Below are positions 14,489 to 26,918 of a stretch of 64,000 bases of DNA, piece after piece. The translations under genes were made by a program, and so were the position numbers. The stretch is from Perna viridis (taxonomy: Eukaryota). The DNA lies in assembly GCA_037379345.1 (NCBI GenBank), contig CM074512.1, forward strand, positions 35,712,001 to 35,776,000, given 5' to 3'. Below the pieces are notes generated by a model that was not told the origin of the DNA, did not search any database, and saw only the letters and a list, made by a program, of their open reading frames with translations. Numbering within the stretch: the first letter of the stretch is position 1; every line of letters begins with the position of its first letter.

Positions 14489-15204
14489 GTATTATCTTTA
14501 AACAATCCTAATTTCGGGGATTTGATACATCGCATCTACCCCAAAGAACTTCAGATAAAGGATACTACAAACACTGTGAAGTCAGCCTCATAACTAGACC
14601 TAAACTTAGAAATTGATGGTAAAGAAAAACTATCGACCAAACTTTACAACAAACGTGACGACTTTTCATCAGTGGCAACATCCCTTCAGCACCTGCGTAT
14701 GGAGTGTTCATATCACAACTCATATGTTATGCCAGAGCTTGCCGAAACTACGCTGACTTTTTGTATCGCGCTAGCAAACTCTAACAAATAGGCTTCTGGA
14801 ACAGGGTTACGTTGCTACCAGATTGAAGTCATCACTACAGAAGTTTTATGGTCGTCATCATGAACTCGTGGATCGTTATGGTGTATCCATCTGCACCATG
14901 GAAACTGATTTATTCAATGGGCCATAGTTTTCCTTTCCTCGTTTGTTTACCCCGGACATGACTTTTTATGAGCAACTCGGTGAGTGTTTCTAAAAAAGCA
15001 GAGGACGCTTACCCTAACGCTGCACCTGGTTCATGCTCCCAGTTTTTAGTGGAGTCTGAGTTGCTCATTTGCTTTTGTTACTTTGTATGTATGATTTTTA
15101 GTTACTTCATGTTCTTTGTTGTGTGTCGGTTTTCCATGACTGGTCTTTGTCCCTGGATAACATTCTTTTGATTACTGCTATAACCTTGGTTCCCTTGATT
15201 ACTC
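14489..15204 (+). mobile_element. 5'-truncated Penelope-like retroelement (probably Naiad-type): decayed RT C-terminus plus 3'UTR
   Basis: Manual translation across a stop and frameshifts gives VLSLNNPNFGDLIHRIYPKELQIKDTTNTVKSAS*LDLNLEIDGKEKLSTKLYNKRDDFS / SGNIPSAPAYGVFISQLICYARACRNYADFLYRA / LTNRLLEQGYVATRLKSSLQKFYGRHHELVDRYGVSICTMETDLFNGP* (TAG 14925-14927). This is typical PLE RT post-YxDD and thumb sequence, with no C-terminal GIY-YIG domain. Confidence 0.85.
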
Positions 15205-16196
15205 CTTCATGCACATCAACATATAATACCAGACCTTTGCATAAAATATCATCAAAATCCCTTCAGTGGTTCAGGAGTTGTGCTTACTAGAAATGTGGAC
15301 AAACCAATAGATGGACAGTCAGGGTAATCCCTATACACCCCCAATTTTTATTAGTGGATGCAAAAAAAGAAGGACGATATCTCTGAAACCATGACAGGAA
15401 AGACTGTAGCATCCACACAATACAAGAGCCCTTATATTTCTCATTATTAGGTAACATTTGTCTGCACTCAACCCCTGACCAAAACAAAACTATCAAACTA
15501 AAACAGCTTAACCCAATGCTTATGAAATAGTTTGTTTTATATCCTAATACCGATTTGATTTCTAAAAATCGAAATGAACCTCTGCCCCTTCATAATGCAA
15601 GTTATGTAAAGCCTGTACCATCTTGAAGTAGATTACAACCATTTACAATGTAAATCTGTTTTTTATTGTGGTGACAGTTGGTCAAGGACAACTTTCTAGA
15701 CAAAAGAAAGAAATAGCTTGAAATTCATATAAATTTATGCAAATATTGTCAAGTATAGTTATAAAAATGATTACTTACATTAAAGTATGCTAGATATTGT
15801 TGAAATGAAAATTCTTGAGGAGAGAGTTAATTTAACAAATGCAGTTTTGGCTACCTCATGAAATTGGAATAACAATGTAAAGAGAAGCAAAATCTGGACA
15901 TTTACACTCTGCCTTTATTAATTCTCATTATATTATATTATTGAAGTCAGTTTGATCCTTCACCAAAGATATAATTCAATTATCATTTTATGTTGGAGAA
16001 CATCAAACTATAAATGTTTAATTCAACATGTTTTTTTTTTAATTTGCTTTAAATTGAATTCAATGCTATTTTTATTTTGAAAACAAGACAAAAAAATAAA
16101 AACCTGCCCAATAACATCATACACAAATTCAGTAAAAGGAATCACATTAATTGTTAGTGAAAAGAGGTAAATAATGACTTCTTTTCTATACATCTT

Positions 16197-16460
16197 CTGA
16201 TGCAAGACTTTTCATGCAAAATTCATACCAAGTGGAATATAAGTGCTGCATTAGTGACAGTGCATCTCCAACAAAGCAATAGATATGAGATCAATAAATA
16301 ATGATTAAGTTTGTGGCTTTTCATTCAGACATAACCCTTATATTTTCTATACATTATCTGAAGCAAGACCCTTCATGCAAAATTTCTTGCTATGGGGATC
16401 TGAAAAGTTGCATTAGTGCTGATGCACCATTGTTGATGCAACAAATCACAAGATCAATAC
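16197..16460. repeat. Old diverged local duplication (~160-bp period)
   Basis: TCTGAwGCAAGACyyTTCATGCAAAATT...TGCATTAGTG...AGATCAATA occurs twice (about 16197 and 16358). Confidence 0.6.
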
Positions 16461-18244
16461 CTCATAATGAAAAATTGTAGTTAACTTTTACAAATTCAAC
16501 TTTGACATTACACATACGTTTTTCATTAGGAAATCCGTAACCTGGAAATAGAGAGCCTTTGTTCACGGCTTACAACTTGTTAACACGGTTAACCACTTAA
16601 TCAACATGTTTCCAGCATCAACTTCCTACAGCATTAGACGAACATCGATTTATTCCATCCATTACAAAAAGAAACAATAAATTTTGCAACCTGATGTGAA
16701 CTGCATCAATCTCCATTTAGTTCTTTTAAGACAGTATTTTCTTTTGTCTTTTATATCAGAGTTCAACCTAGTTCAATCTTCCTATGACAGCATTTCTAAT
16801 GACATTATGTTCCTTTAATTATAAATGAAACCCTGGTAACACAATGGATGTATCCGATTACATCTTCAGCAATATTTGTTTTTAGTCATTTCATTTTTTG
16901 GTACTCTGCTCAAACAAGTATTTGGGTTTAAAAAGAAATCAATTTTGTCTAGTATTAGTACTGTAGTCTAAGGAATCATCTGATGTTGTTCTGGTCAATG
17001 ACCATTCTTCTAGAGAATCAAAGATCCTGTTTGAAGGGGATGGAGTTCAAAGAGTGGCGATCTGAGGTCTGGGACTCTTAGTTTCTTTCCAAGGAAATTT
17101 TATTTACCCAAGTCCTAAATCTTCAATCCTTTTAACTGACAATTTATTATGGATTTGATTTTTTTCCAAATTAGCGCATTAAAACATAGAAAAGTCCAGG
17201 ACCTCTGAATCTTTACTTGAAAGTAAATTTGAACCCCTGAGGGAATTCAGGACCATAGTCCCAATACTTTTACCTATGGTCTTGGCATTTTGTTTAACAA
17301 AAGTCCCAATCACCCTTCAAACTGACCATTTATATAATATGAAATAAATATATTAAAATGAAATAAAAGCCAATAGAATTTAGAAAAGGTCCTCCTTCAT
17401 TTTGATCCAAAACCATCCAGCCACTTTCCAATTCCATCCAGGGAGATCTTCGAGAATAATTTATATATTGAAAATATAAGGAAAATTTTCTCATGGATGA
17501 AACATCAAGGTATACTAAAATAATAACCATGAATGAGTAGCACAAGAAAGTATTTATAAAACATAAGCACTACTATCTAACATTTTAAAACACAATGTAA
17601 GACATCCTTCCTACTGTGTAAGTCAAATTACTGTACTATGTTTGATTCTGTTTTTGATACATGGAAAAATGCTTCGTCTCCCCATTAGAAACAGAAATTG
17701 ACATTAGTGGGTAAATCATATGTTTATTTCTCAAATGGAATCCTAGTGAGATGACATAACAATATGTTATGTTCTGCATCCCCTGGCACTGATATGTAGA
17801 AACCTCATAGAAACCCACGGTTATGTCATTTATTCATCAATTTGACCTGATTGGGTGAGACAGATCACACATCAAAATTCTTGTTACTGCATCATGGCAT
17901 CCTGCCATTTCATGCTTCTCCCACCATTCCTCTCTATGATCTATGGGATATAGATCTGAAATGATGATAGACTGATGGAATAATATAAGTATAAAGTTAT
18001 GCCTTTGACAGTGACTTGTTGAAAATAGGTTTCCTAGACAAAGACCTCTTTTTAGATGACATTTTCATGATATTTTTAGTGCTTTACTTACAGTAAATCG
18101 GCAATTTTGATTTATCAGGAGATTTCATAGCACCAACTCTACTCAAACTTAATTCACATTAGTACTGACTTCCTTATTTCTGAGGGTTGAAGATCACATT
18201 CAATGCATCACTCCCTATAACAATTAAGTTGTCAGGACAAAATC

Positions 18245-18603
18245 ACTAACTGAACACCTGAAGGTAAATGGGCAGTCAAAACAAGAATACTTGTCTAAAA
18301 GTGAATACCTAAAGATAAACAGACAGTCAAGGCAAGGCTACCTGTCTATAACTGAACAAATGAAGGTAAATAGACAGCCAAGGCAATACATCCTGTCTAT
18401 AACTGAACAAATAAAGATTAATAGACAGCCAAGGCAACACATCATGTCTATAGCTGAACTCCTGGAGGTAAATAGGCAGTCAAGGCAACACAACCTTCTA
18501 TAACTGAACAAATAAAGGTAAACAGACAGCCAAGGCAACACATCCTGTCTATAACTGAAAACCTGGAGGTAAGTAGGCAGTCTAGGCAACACATCCATGT
18601 CTG
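18245..18603. repeat. ~51-bp minisatellite, about 7 diverged copies
   Basis: Unit approx CTATAACTGAACAAATGAAGGTAAATAGACAGCCAAGGCAACACATCCTGT. It explains the repetitive ORFs at 18291 and 18338. Confidence 0.92.
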
Positions 18604-21600
18604 TCAAAATTTGTACAATTTAAATGAAAAAAAGACCAAAATGTTATACCTATCTGTACTGAGATTTTACTGCCTTTGCTTACAAACTAAATAACTGTCT
18701 GGGGGTTATAAAATGAAATGTATAAACAAATGTGTCAATAGCTGGAATACAATAGAATAAAAAATTTGAAAAATTATTATTGCCTGAATCAAAATGCAAT
18801 GACTTGAGAGTTAAAATGGTGAAGTTGCAACTTGTCACTCCCTAAGGTGAACTTTATATTTTCAAAAACAATGATATTTTCATGCTAACTAAATATATCA
18901 GTGCCTCCTTGAGCTTGAATTTTGCAAAGGTGTGTTTGAATCATCTTTACCAATAGATATGAAACTGTATCATGGTCTTGTAAGAGATATGTCAATTAAA
19001 GGAAGGTATTTATCAAAATGTTGGAAATTTCTAATCAGTCATCGTGCCACTACTTCTCATTATTATGGGTATACAAGATACGATATCAAACCTTTAAGGA
19101 ATTTTATCAGCAATGTCCTTACAACTTTCTCTCACTGATAACCCTGCCTTTCTAAGAATCAAATTGATGAAGTAATAGGATTATGAAAAATTGATTCCAG
19201 CATTCTTAAAATCTAAAATCAAGTGATAAAATTATGCAACTGCACATGGTTGCTAGGGTAACAGACAAAAAAAAATCCTCGTAATTTAAAACCTTCAGTA
19301 ACAAAATGCAGAAGGAATTCCCATTGTCAAATTACATTTGCAAGACGATGAAAATTAATTCAAAAGGCACGGCAAAACAAATGCTTGATTACAGGAGAAA
19401 CTACAGAATTACATAAGAAACCAGCAGAGGCATAATTTGCAAACAAGAAACTCAGAAAATGAGATTTCCAATGAATTGAAAACCTGAAATTAAACCTTCA
19501 CTGTCTGGTGCATCATTAGAATTGCTTTGATTTGAACCAAGGAAAATTATACATTTCCAATTTTCTTCTGGTGAACAATAATTGCATTATCTGTAGCTAC
19601 TATCCACAGTGTTTGTGACTGAAATATTTGGAGGAGAAATGACAGAAAAGTCGCTAAAGACAATAATTACACATATTGTCTCCTTGATAGCCATCTTTGG
19701 GTATAGATTTCAACAGTCTCATTGTTTTAGAAATCTACAAGTTTTCAAATGAATTGGATTTCTTGATTTCCAACTTCATTGTTAAATAAAAACACCCAAT
19801 ATTTCATGAAGTTCTGTCACAGTAAAACTTTATTTGGGCTAAAGGAACTAACTTAGTCATTAGAAAAATGCCTATAATTTTCAGACATTCCAGTGACAAA
19901 AATAAACCATGTGAAAAAATTCTAAAATTAAATGTCTGAAGTTAACTACATATTTGAAACTAAAAAGAACAAATGTGTCAAAAAGTCAAAAAATCTATTG
20001 AATATACATTGCATTCAGTCTGCTAATCTTTTGAGTTTGGGCACTCAACTGGAGTTATCTGCCCTTGAAACCAGCCAAGTGTGGCCCTCTTATCAGGACA
20101 AGATTGTTATTTTCACACCAGTTGCTCTAAATCTAAGTAGTGTCTTAAGAATAGTACACTGTGCTTTAAAATTTCAAGGATACAAGACTTCTGGAATCAC
20201 ATAATGATATTTTCATGCATGGAATATGATTAACGGGATTTTTTTTTAAAGAAAAATTTCAAGGGAGATAATTAGATTGATGAACAATCAAATCTTAATA
20301 AATTCAAGCCAATATCAAAACAACGAAGACAGTTTTCTAAAGAAAAACACGACAAGTGATTTAAATCTTGGCAGCTTTCAACTGTTAATCTTTAAACTCA
20401 TGATGAAACCAATTTTTAAGTAAATTTGATACTGTGAAGAACAATCATCCTTTATACTCAATGAGAAATCATTATACCATAAGAGGCTACCTGATTGAGT
20501 CAAAAACTTCCTACTACAGATAAAAAGCTTCAGATAACAAAAGATAAACGATACTTGATTTGACCATTTTCCACCTTAAAATTCAACTTGTGAATTCTCA
20601 AAATGTTTTGTGATAACTTGGCCATATATGACAATTCTTACCACTAAATTCAACTTTGTTAACTGTGAAGTTGTTTACAGATAAACTGTTGCAAGTTAGG
20701 GTAGAGAAAAATGATTAAGGTTAAAATTACCAATGTCTTCAATCTGATGTACTTTAAGCATCTATTCATAGGCATAAAGAGAATATCTGAGGGGTGGGTG
20801 GCGATGGTGGTGGGAAAATACAGTTTTGCATTACCCTCTTTAAAAACAAGAAAGGAACCAAGATTTTTTCATTAAAATCATCCACAAAAAATTTGAGTAT
20901 TATTTATCTGATGTTTAAGCCCACAAGTAAATGTATCCCATCCTCTTTCAAAAATGGAGATGCTCTAAATTAAGGCTAACAATAATTTTCAATTTCTCAC
21001 ATTGAACTTAACATAAGTAGTTCTCCATGGAAATATATGTCTTGATGCATACACTAATGAATTTGAATTAATGAAACAACTCTAAAAATGCAAAGTGTGC
21101 AGTTTAATGTCACATCTGTATTCTGAGGCAATATAAAACACAAAGATAATGTATATATTTAGTATTTAAGTGTCATGTGCTCCATTTCGTTGAACCTGCT
21201 GATCACAAACATCAAATACCCTACAGTGGAAAATTGAAATTCTGCATTTAATTTTCTCATGAAATCATGAAATATTGATAAACTGCATTAGTTAATTCTC
21301 TATTTCATGATATAGTGGGTGTGTCTCTCTAAAACCATTGTACAGCAACAAATAAGACATGGATGAAAGGCTTTTCAATCTGAAAAAGCCTTTAGCTTAG
21401 TATTTTTTCCAAAAACAACATGAAGTTGTCATGTTAGGTATACTCCAATATGTAAATCAACCAAAATATTCATTGAAAGCCACATACCACATGTTAAACC
21501 AAACCATAGAGCAGGTTCCAAGATTTTTGTGACAAAATTTTCCCTACCATTCCATATACATGTAGTGAAAATACCCCATCAGAACAGGAAGTTGATTTAG

Positions 21601-21670
21601 GACAACACCAAGGTATTCCCTATATATGTAAAATCACATACCAAATTTTAAATCAATCCATATATCTGGG

Positions 21671-21814
21671 TAGGAAACTCACTCAAATTCTAGCCAGTCG
21701 TGAATACAATTTTTCAATATATTTACTATATGGCTATATAAATTTTTGCTACAATTAGCCAGCCCTGCCAAAAAATAGCCAGTCTCAGGCTGGCGGGCAG
21801 GCTACTATTTCTAA
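21671..21814 (+). repeat. ~144-bp interspersed repeat, copy 1 (probable DNA-transposon end fragment)
   Basis: Near-identical to 32448-32591: TAGGAAACTCACTCAAATTCTAGCCAGTCGTG...GGCTACTATTTCTAA. Confidence 0.9.
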
Positions 21815-24800
21815 TTCTGCATACATTGGAAATTTCAGATGAATGGAATGATGGACAGAATAACAAACAAATGGATGAACAATGCAATTCCAAAATACTT
21901 CCTACTAGTATAATTTTCAGGTTTCAATTGCAGGTGGGTTGGTGGGTGAGAGTATAGATAAATATGCCCCTCCCCAAAGAGACACACCATGTTTCTATTT
22001 TTCAAACTAAGATGCAACAAAAGTATTTATTGTGTGTATTCAGAAAATAAACTTAACTTGGTTTTCATTTACATTGTGTATGATTATCATTTATAAATGT
22101 ACAAAACCTTAAAGTTTGGTAAGGCCACACAAAATTATTCAAAGAAAAACCACCAAAAAAAAACAGTAATTAATCATTAACTGAGAGCAGAAATCAACAT
22201 CTAGTATGTCTAGTTCTTAGAAACACCAAAGCAATGGCTAATAATAATAAACTCTTGCAACAGGCACTCTCTTTTTGAAGCATCCAATATGTTTTAGCGA
22301 GCACTGCATTGATTACTAACAAGGAAGCCAGGATGAAGTACCAATACTTATTAGGAGGAAGCAAGGGCATTCTCATTAAGCCTGCACTTGAAACAGAAAA
22401 TAAAAAATACTTCCTAACGCAACTGTGCTAATACAAAAATATGTCAAGCTTCAGCGGGAACTATTTCCCCCTCGTGTTGTTAATTCAAATAGTCTTCAAT
22501 GTTTCAGTTTCCTTATAGCATTAAAATCCTAATCTTCCATTTCCTAAGAAAAAGCTCTTTCTTTATTAACTTCTATTCAAAATTAAAGAGGAAGGATTTT
22601 GAAAACAGACAATTTTCCTTAGTATTTAAAGAAATACTAACTTCTTTCAGTTTTGATAGACTTGATAAGGAAGTTTTTCGTTTACCTATCAGATATAGGT
22701 CAAAATAGTGATAAATCTGTCCTAGCTAGTTCTTAAAATAAGGAAATAACATTAACAATCTATGCACTTTTGTTTGTGTAAAAAAAATGTCAGGTTCTAT
22801 TAATTGTATAAAACCATGTCTGTATTAAAATAGCATCCATTATCACAAATGTACAAATTTCTTGTTCAAAGCTAAAGCTTTCCAAAGCTACAGTGTAAAG
22901 TCACATAATAATGAAGCACAATGCAAAGAGGAGTTTTGTAATTCTTTGAAGAAACGGGACATAATTCAAAAAGCTTTTCAAGACCAAATATAAGGCTTGT
23001 TAGAGCAATCTTGTTTAATGGCTTGTGAAAAAAACATGACACATACTCAACAGAAAAAAAAACTTTCCAGTCTCAACCAGTTCTAAAATAAATAAAGAAG
23101 ATGGAAAACAAATCATAGTTTTCATTACCATATCTGCAAAGGATGTATATCAAGAAATACTTCAAACTGAAGATGCAACTATTCTTTTTCTTATTGTGTT
23201 TAATGTGTTTGCATTTTTGTTTACAAGTTTTTACTACTGAAAAACACATGGTAATCATTCAGGAGATAGCAAGAGGTATAAGTGAGCACCATTACCCCCC
23301 AAAAAAACTTAAAAATACTGAACGAAAACGCATATACCAGTATATAAATCATACCAAAAAGAGCATTAACCCTCCTAATGTAGATGACCAACTACATTGG
23401 AAATAAGTCTAAAGCCTTGGGACAATAAAACCCTATACAAATCAGTGTCAATATGTAAACATTGAAGAAATTAATATGACAGATATAGAAAAATATTAAT
23501 ATATATCATATAAATATTACATTACTAGTCACAATATTATGTATTCAAATAAAACTAGTGTGTCAATACAGAAAAGGTTTGATTTATGATATTAGTAAAG
23601 GTTAAAATAAACTATTATGTTTGTCTGGTTGTCTAGGTAGTCCTAAGCTTATTTAGACAGATGCTACATTTCCTTTGTTACAAAGTTATGTTTAGCTGTA
23701 GGAAAGAGTAACTTCTTTCTTCTGGAGTAGGTACATGTAGCTCTGATCATGATCCATGGGTGGCCTCCCTTGAGGACATTGTTAATAGGATTTTCAAAAA
23801 TAGGTTAAAACAACAAATGGTTAAATGGTAGATATAGTACTTAGTTTCTGAGACTGATGAGACAAAAGCTCTACTTATTGACAAGAAAATTTGGGAAAAA
23901 GGGGAGACAGATAAAACTTCAACAAATGTGTGTTTTGGTGATCAAGAATTAATTGAAACTGTGATAAGTGCAGACATGGAAATTTTCTAGTAAAACACAA
24001 CTTCTTCCTTGTTCTTTAAAATGGGAATTGGGACTCTTTTAAAAGAAATCAGGGAACATAAAATATGAATGAGGACAAAAGTATCTAGAGTTAACTAAAT
24101 GTTAACAGATATAAAATAATAATTTTTCAATTTGTACAAGTAAAAGGTGACTTAACAGAACTAATAAAAATAGAACGAAGAAAAATCACAGAAAAAGTAC
24201 CCTTCCAGCTCCTCCATACCAGAATATACCTAGTACTAGTGGATACTTTATCAAAATGAATGTTTTTTGTAATGTATCCAAACTTGAAAAGGAAAGCTAT
24301 TTCTGTGAAGATGAATTATGATTAATTACTGGGCTTGTAGGCTTAAAGGGGAGAGTGATACATTTTCCCAAAGCTTCTTGTTAAATTCAACAATTACCAA
24401 GTGATGTGATGCCGCTAAATGGGCTTGAACCTTTCAATACCATGCTTAGCATTTAGAATCATTATAAGGAACTTGTGGATTGTTGTTTATAATCAATCTT
24501 TCAATCTATGGAACAGGCTAAATTCAAACAGACAAACACAGAGAAATACATGGATAGATCTCTATAATGTAAAATCTAATAAGAGTTTTGAAAAGATAAT
24601 AATTTTTGCCATGTGAATCCTCCCATTCACTTTTATGATCAAACAAATGGTATGGCGTCAAAACAAAAGTGCTTTAGTACATGTAAACAAATTTACATAA
24701 ATAGCTGATTAAACAATCCCCAAATAACATGTATGACTCGACATTTTGAATTGCATAAATGCTACCAAGATACACAGTCAAAACATGTAGGCATGTAGTT

Positions 24801-26359
24801 GCTACAGAGCCAGATAATTAAATCATAACAGAATAACTTCTAGGACAGTGAAATTATTTCATTACAGAATGGTTATTATAATGCCTAATACAGATTAATT
24901 TTGTTCATTATGGTACGTCAATAAAGCACAAATAAAGAGAACATGCTGTCAAATAAATCGTAAAACGGTAGGAGACCTTTTTAGTAGCATACAGTTTATG
25001 TCGCCTCCGTTACATCAATTCCGGGAAATTATTAAATTTGTTGGCTGTTTTATTTCTAAAATACATTTATGGAACAAAGTGTCTCAAGTTTTATTCAATA
25101 AAAAGACTAAAATAAAATATTCAGTAAGTTGGGCTCTAAATCCAATTTGTGACGGATATCAGACTTCTCATTACCACAGCAGACGTCTGCAGGGGTGAAA
25201 ATTGTAGAAATGGAAGGACTATTGTAGTTTATTGCACAGACAGGGCTGTATGTATTGACCGAATTAGGTTCATTTCATTAATGCGAATAGAACAATAAAA
25301 ACAATAAGCAGACTTTTTTTTATTGACATGAACAAATTAGATTCAACTTGAGCCTTAAGGTTTCCAGAATTTCTGAAATAAAGGTTTTTTTTATAACAAT
25401 AGCTTCTACGAACTTCTAGAAAAGAGTCATTCTTAACTGTCACTTACACAGAATATCTCTTTTTCACCATTTTAAACAGAGAAGACTTGGAAGTTGCCAG
25501 GAATGAGATAGAATCAATTAAGCTGCACATAATTAATAATGGGTAAAATTTTCATCTTCCGAAATTAGTACCAAAATGACTTCAAGGTGCAGGCAGACAT
25601 GCACACTCTTATAATTAAGCATAAATCCATGTAATGTAGAATGCTATTTGTTAACTGAGACCTTGACAAACAAAAACAAAATTTGTAATTAACCAACTTA
25701 ATCAAGAAACTCATTATAAGTACAGTATGAAAACATGTGACATCGTTTTAGCACTGCATGTATGTGACCTCAACATCTGCTAGTAGGAAGACATTATTAC
25801 CCTCCATATTATGCCAAGTTCCTGCAGTCGAAGCTTAGCAATTTTTTAGCACGATATTTCAGTATGACATAATGAACAAAGTATATTTCTGTCTCACTGT
25901 CACTGACTTAGTAATTGTATAATATTGGAAACACATCTTCATATTTTAAGTTAGGTCCAGTTTACATGTTTCATGAACAATTGCACTAACCATAATACAG
26001 AATCAATAAGTTTGGAAAGTACATACATTAATGGAGCCTAGACTCTTTCTACCTGAAGATTTAGGTCTACCTTTAGACCTTATGAAAGTAAACTAATAGT
26101 AAAGTTATAAACCAGTTATATAAAGAAAGTTCTTTAAAAAAATTACTTGAGAGACTACATAATGAAAGGTCAATGATGAAAATAGCATTAACTTGGAAGA
26201 TAATTGCAAAATTCTGAAGAACCCAAATTTTAACATGGAAGTAATAAAGCATAAAATGATTTTCATATACAAGTCTACAGAGACATCTTCCACAAACAAC
26301 TCAAGTAACGTTCAAAACTAAAACTATAGTTAAAATAGAGCTAAATATTTGGCACTCAC

Positions 26360-26587
26360 CTTAATGGAATCAAAACAGGCTGTAACTCGGCCATTCTGAA
26401 CTTCAACGTGGGGTGGTGGGTGAGCAAACTTGCACTCTGTGTCCGGCCGCGTACATTTGTTTCTCTGAAACTCTCGGCAAACTTCTAACGTCAGCCATCG
26501 AGAGTCTTTAACATTGTTTGGAAGGATAGTTCCAATTGCCGGACTGACGCCAGCTAAATTGACCATTGTATTATTCACCATGGCCAT
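26360..26587 (-). CDS. mbl: Muscleblind-like (MBNL) RNA-binding splicing regulator, first coding exon (76 codons; ZnF1 plus start of ZnF2)
   Basis: Translation MAMVNN...[51 protein letters not shown] has the MBNL signature [10 protein letters not shown], a C-x7-C-x6-C-x3-H finger and NGRVxACFDSxK. It ends at a canonical phase-0 donor AAG|GTGAGT (26360/26359), the intron position known from fly mbl and vertebrate MBNL. Confidence 0.97.
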
Positions 26588-26918
26588 AACACTTTAATAT
26601 GAAATAACGTGGTATGAAAAAAAAAAGTTCTTCTTCTTGGTAGAAAGTAACGTTGAAAGACTTAGGGTAAACTCACACCTACAAATATCATTAAAAAACT
26701 ACTCAACACTTAGTACAAAAAATTCTTAAAATTTGATCACAAGAACTTCCACATGTGTTTAACACAAAAGATCACAGGTCAGGTTTCTATGGTAACGGTT
26801 TATAGCACTATCCAATATGGTTTCTATGGAGATGATTGGTTTTGGTTACTATGGCAATGACTATGGTTTATGGTTTTATGAAATGATGTTGTTCTGTCTC
26901 CAACAGTTACTTGTTTCT
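26588..26918 (-). other. mbl: Predicted 5'UTR part (331 nt) of the mbl start-codon exon; whole exon 26360-26918, 559 nt
   Basis: Strong acceptor on the minus strand, GTCTTTTTTTTTCTATTTTCAG|AGAAAC (AG at 26920-26919). A long UTR and the ATG in the same internal exon match MBNL gene architecture. No transcript evidence is available. Confidence 0.7.
26783..26858. promoter_or_regulatory. Cluster of three RFX X-box-like motifs in the mbl 5'UTR exon
   Basis: GTTTCTATGGTAAC (26783-26796, full match to RTHNYYWTRRNRAC), GTTTCTATGGAGAT (26820-26833) and GTTACTATGGCAAT (26845-26858). Confidence 0.45.

Larger units (their letters stand above)
1..26359 (-). other. mbl: Large intron downstream of the mbl first coding exon (at least 26 kb, continues beyond the window)
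   Basis: Begins with the GTGAGT donor. By eye I found no exon encoding the expected continuation (GxCxR...CKYxHP). The sequence is AT-rich and repeat-laden. A small exon could have been missed. Confidence 0.65.

Noticed and set aside
14968-15068. SECIS element in the Penelope-like 3'UTR (stem begins ATGA)
   Set aside because: The ATGA pairs Watson-Crick with TCAT rather than forming the non-canonical GA quartet, and the geometry does not fit.
14968-15171. Similar hydrophobic ORFs at 14968, 47115 and 52782 resembling a small membrane-protein family
   Set aside because: They are translations of the T-rich 3'UTR of the same retroelement.
26330-26359. C-terminal VSAKYLALF* of the 85-aa ORF
   Set aside because: Read-through into the intron past the conserved GTGAGT donor; not MBNL sequence.
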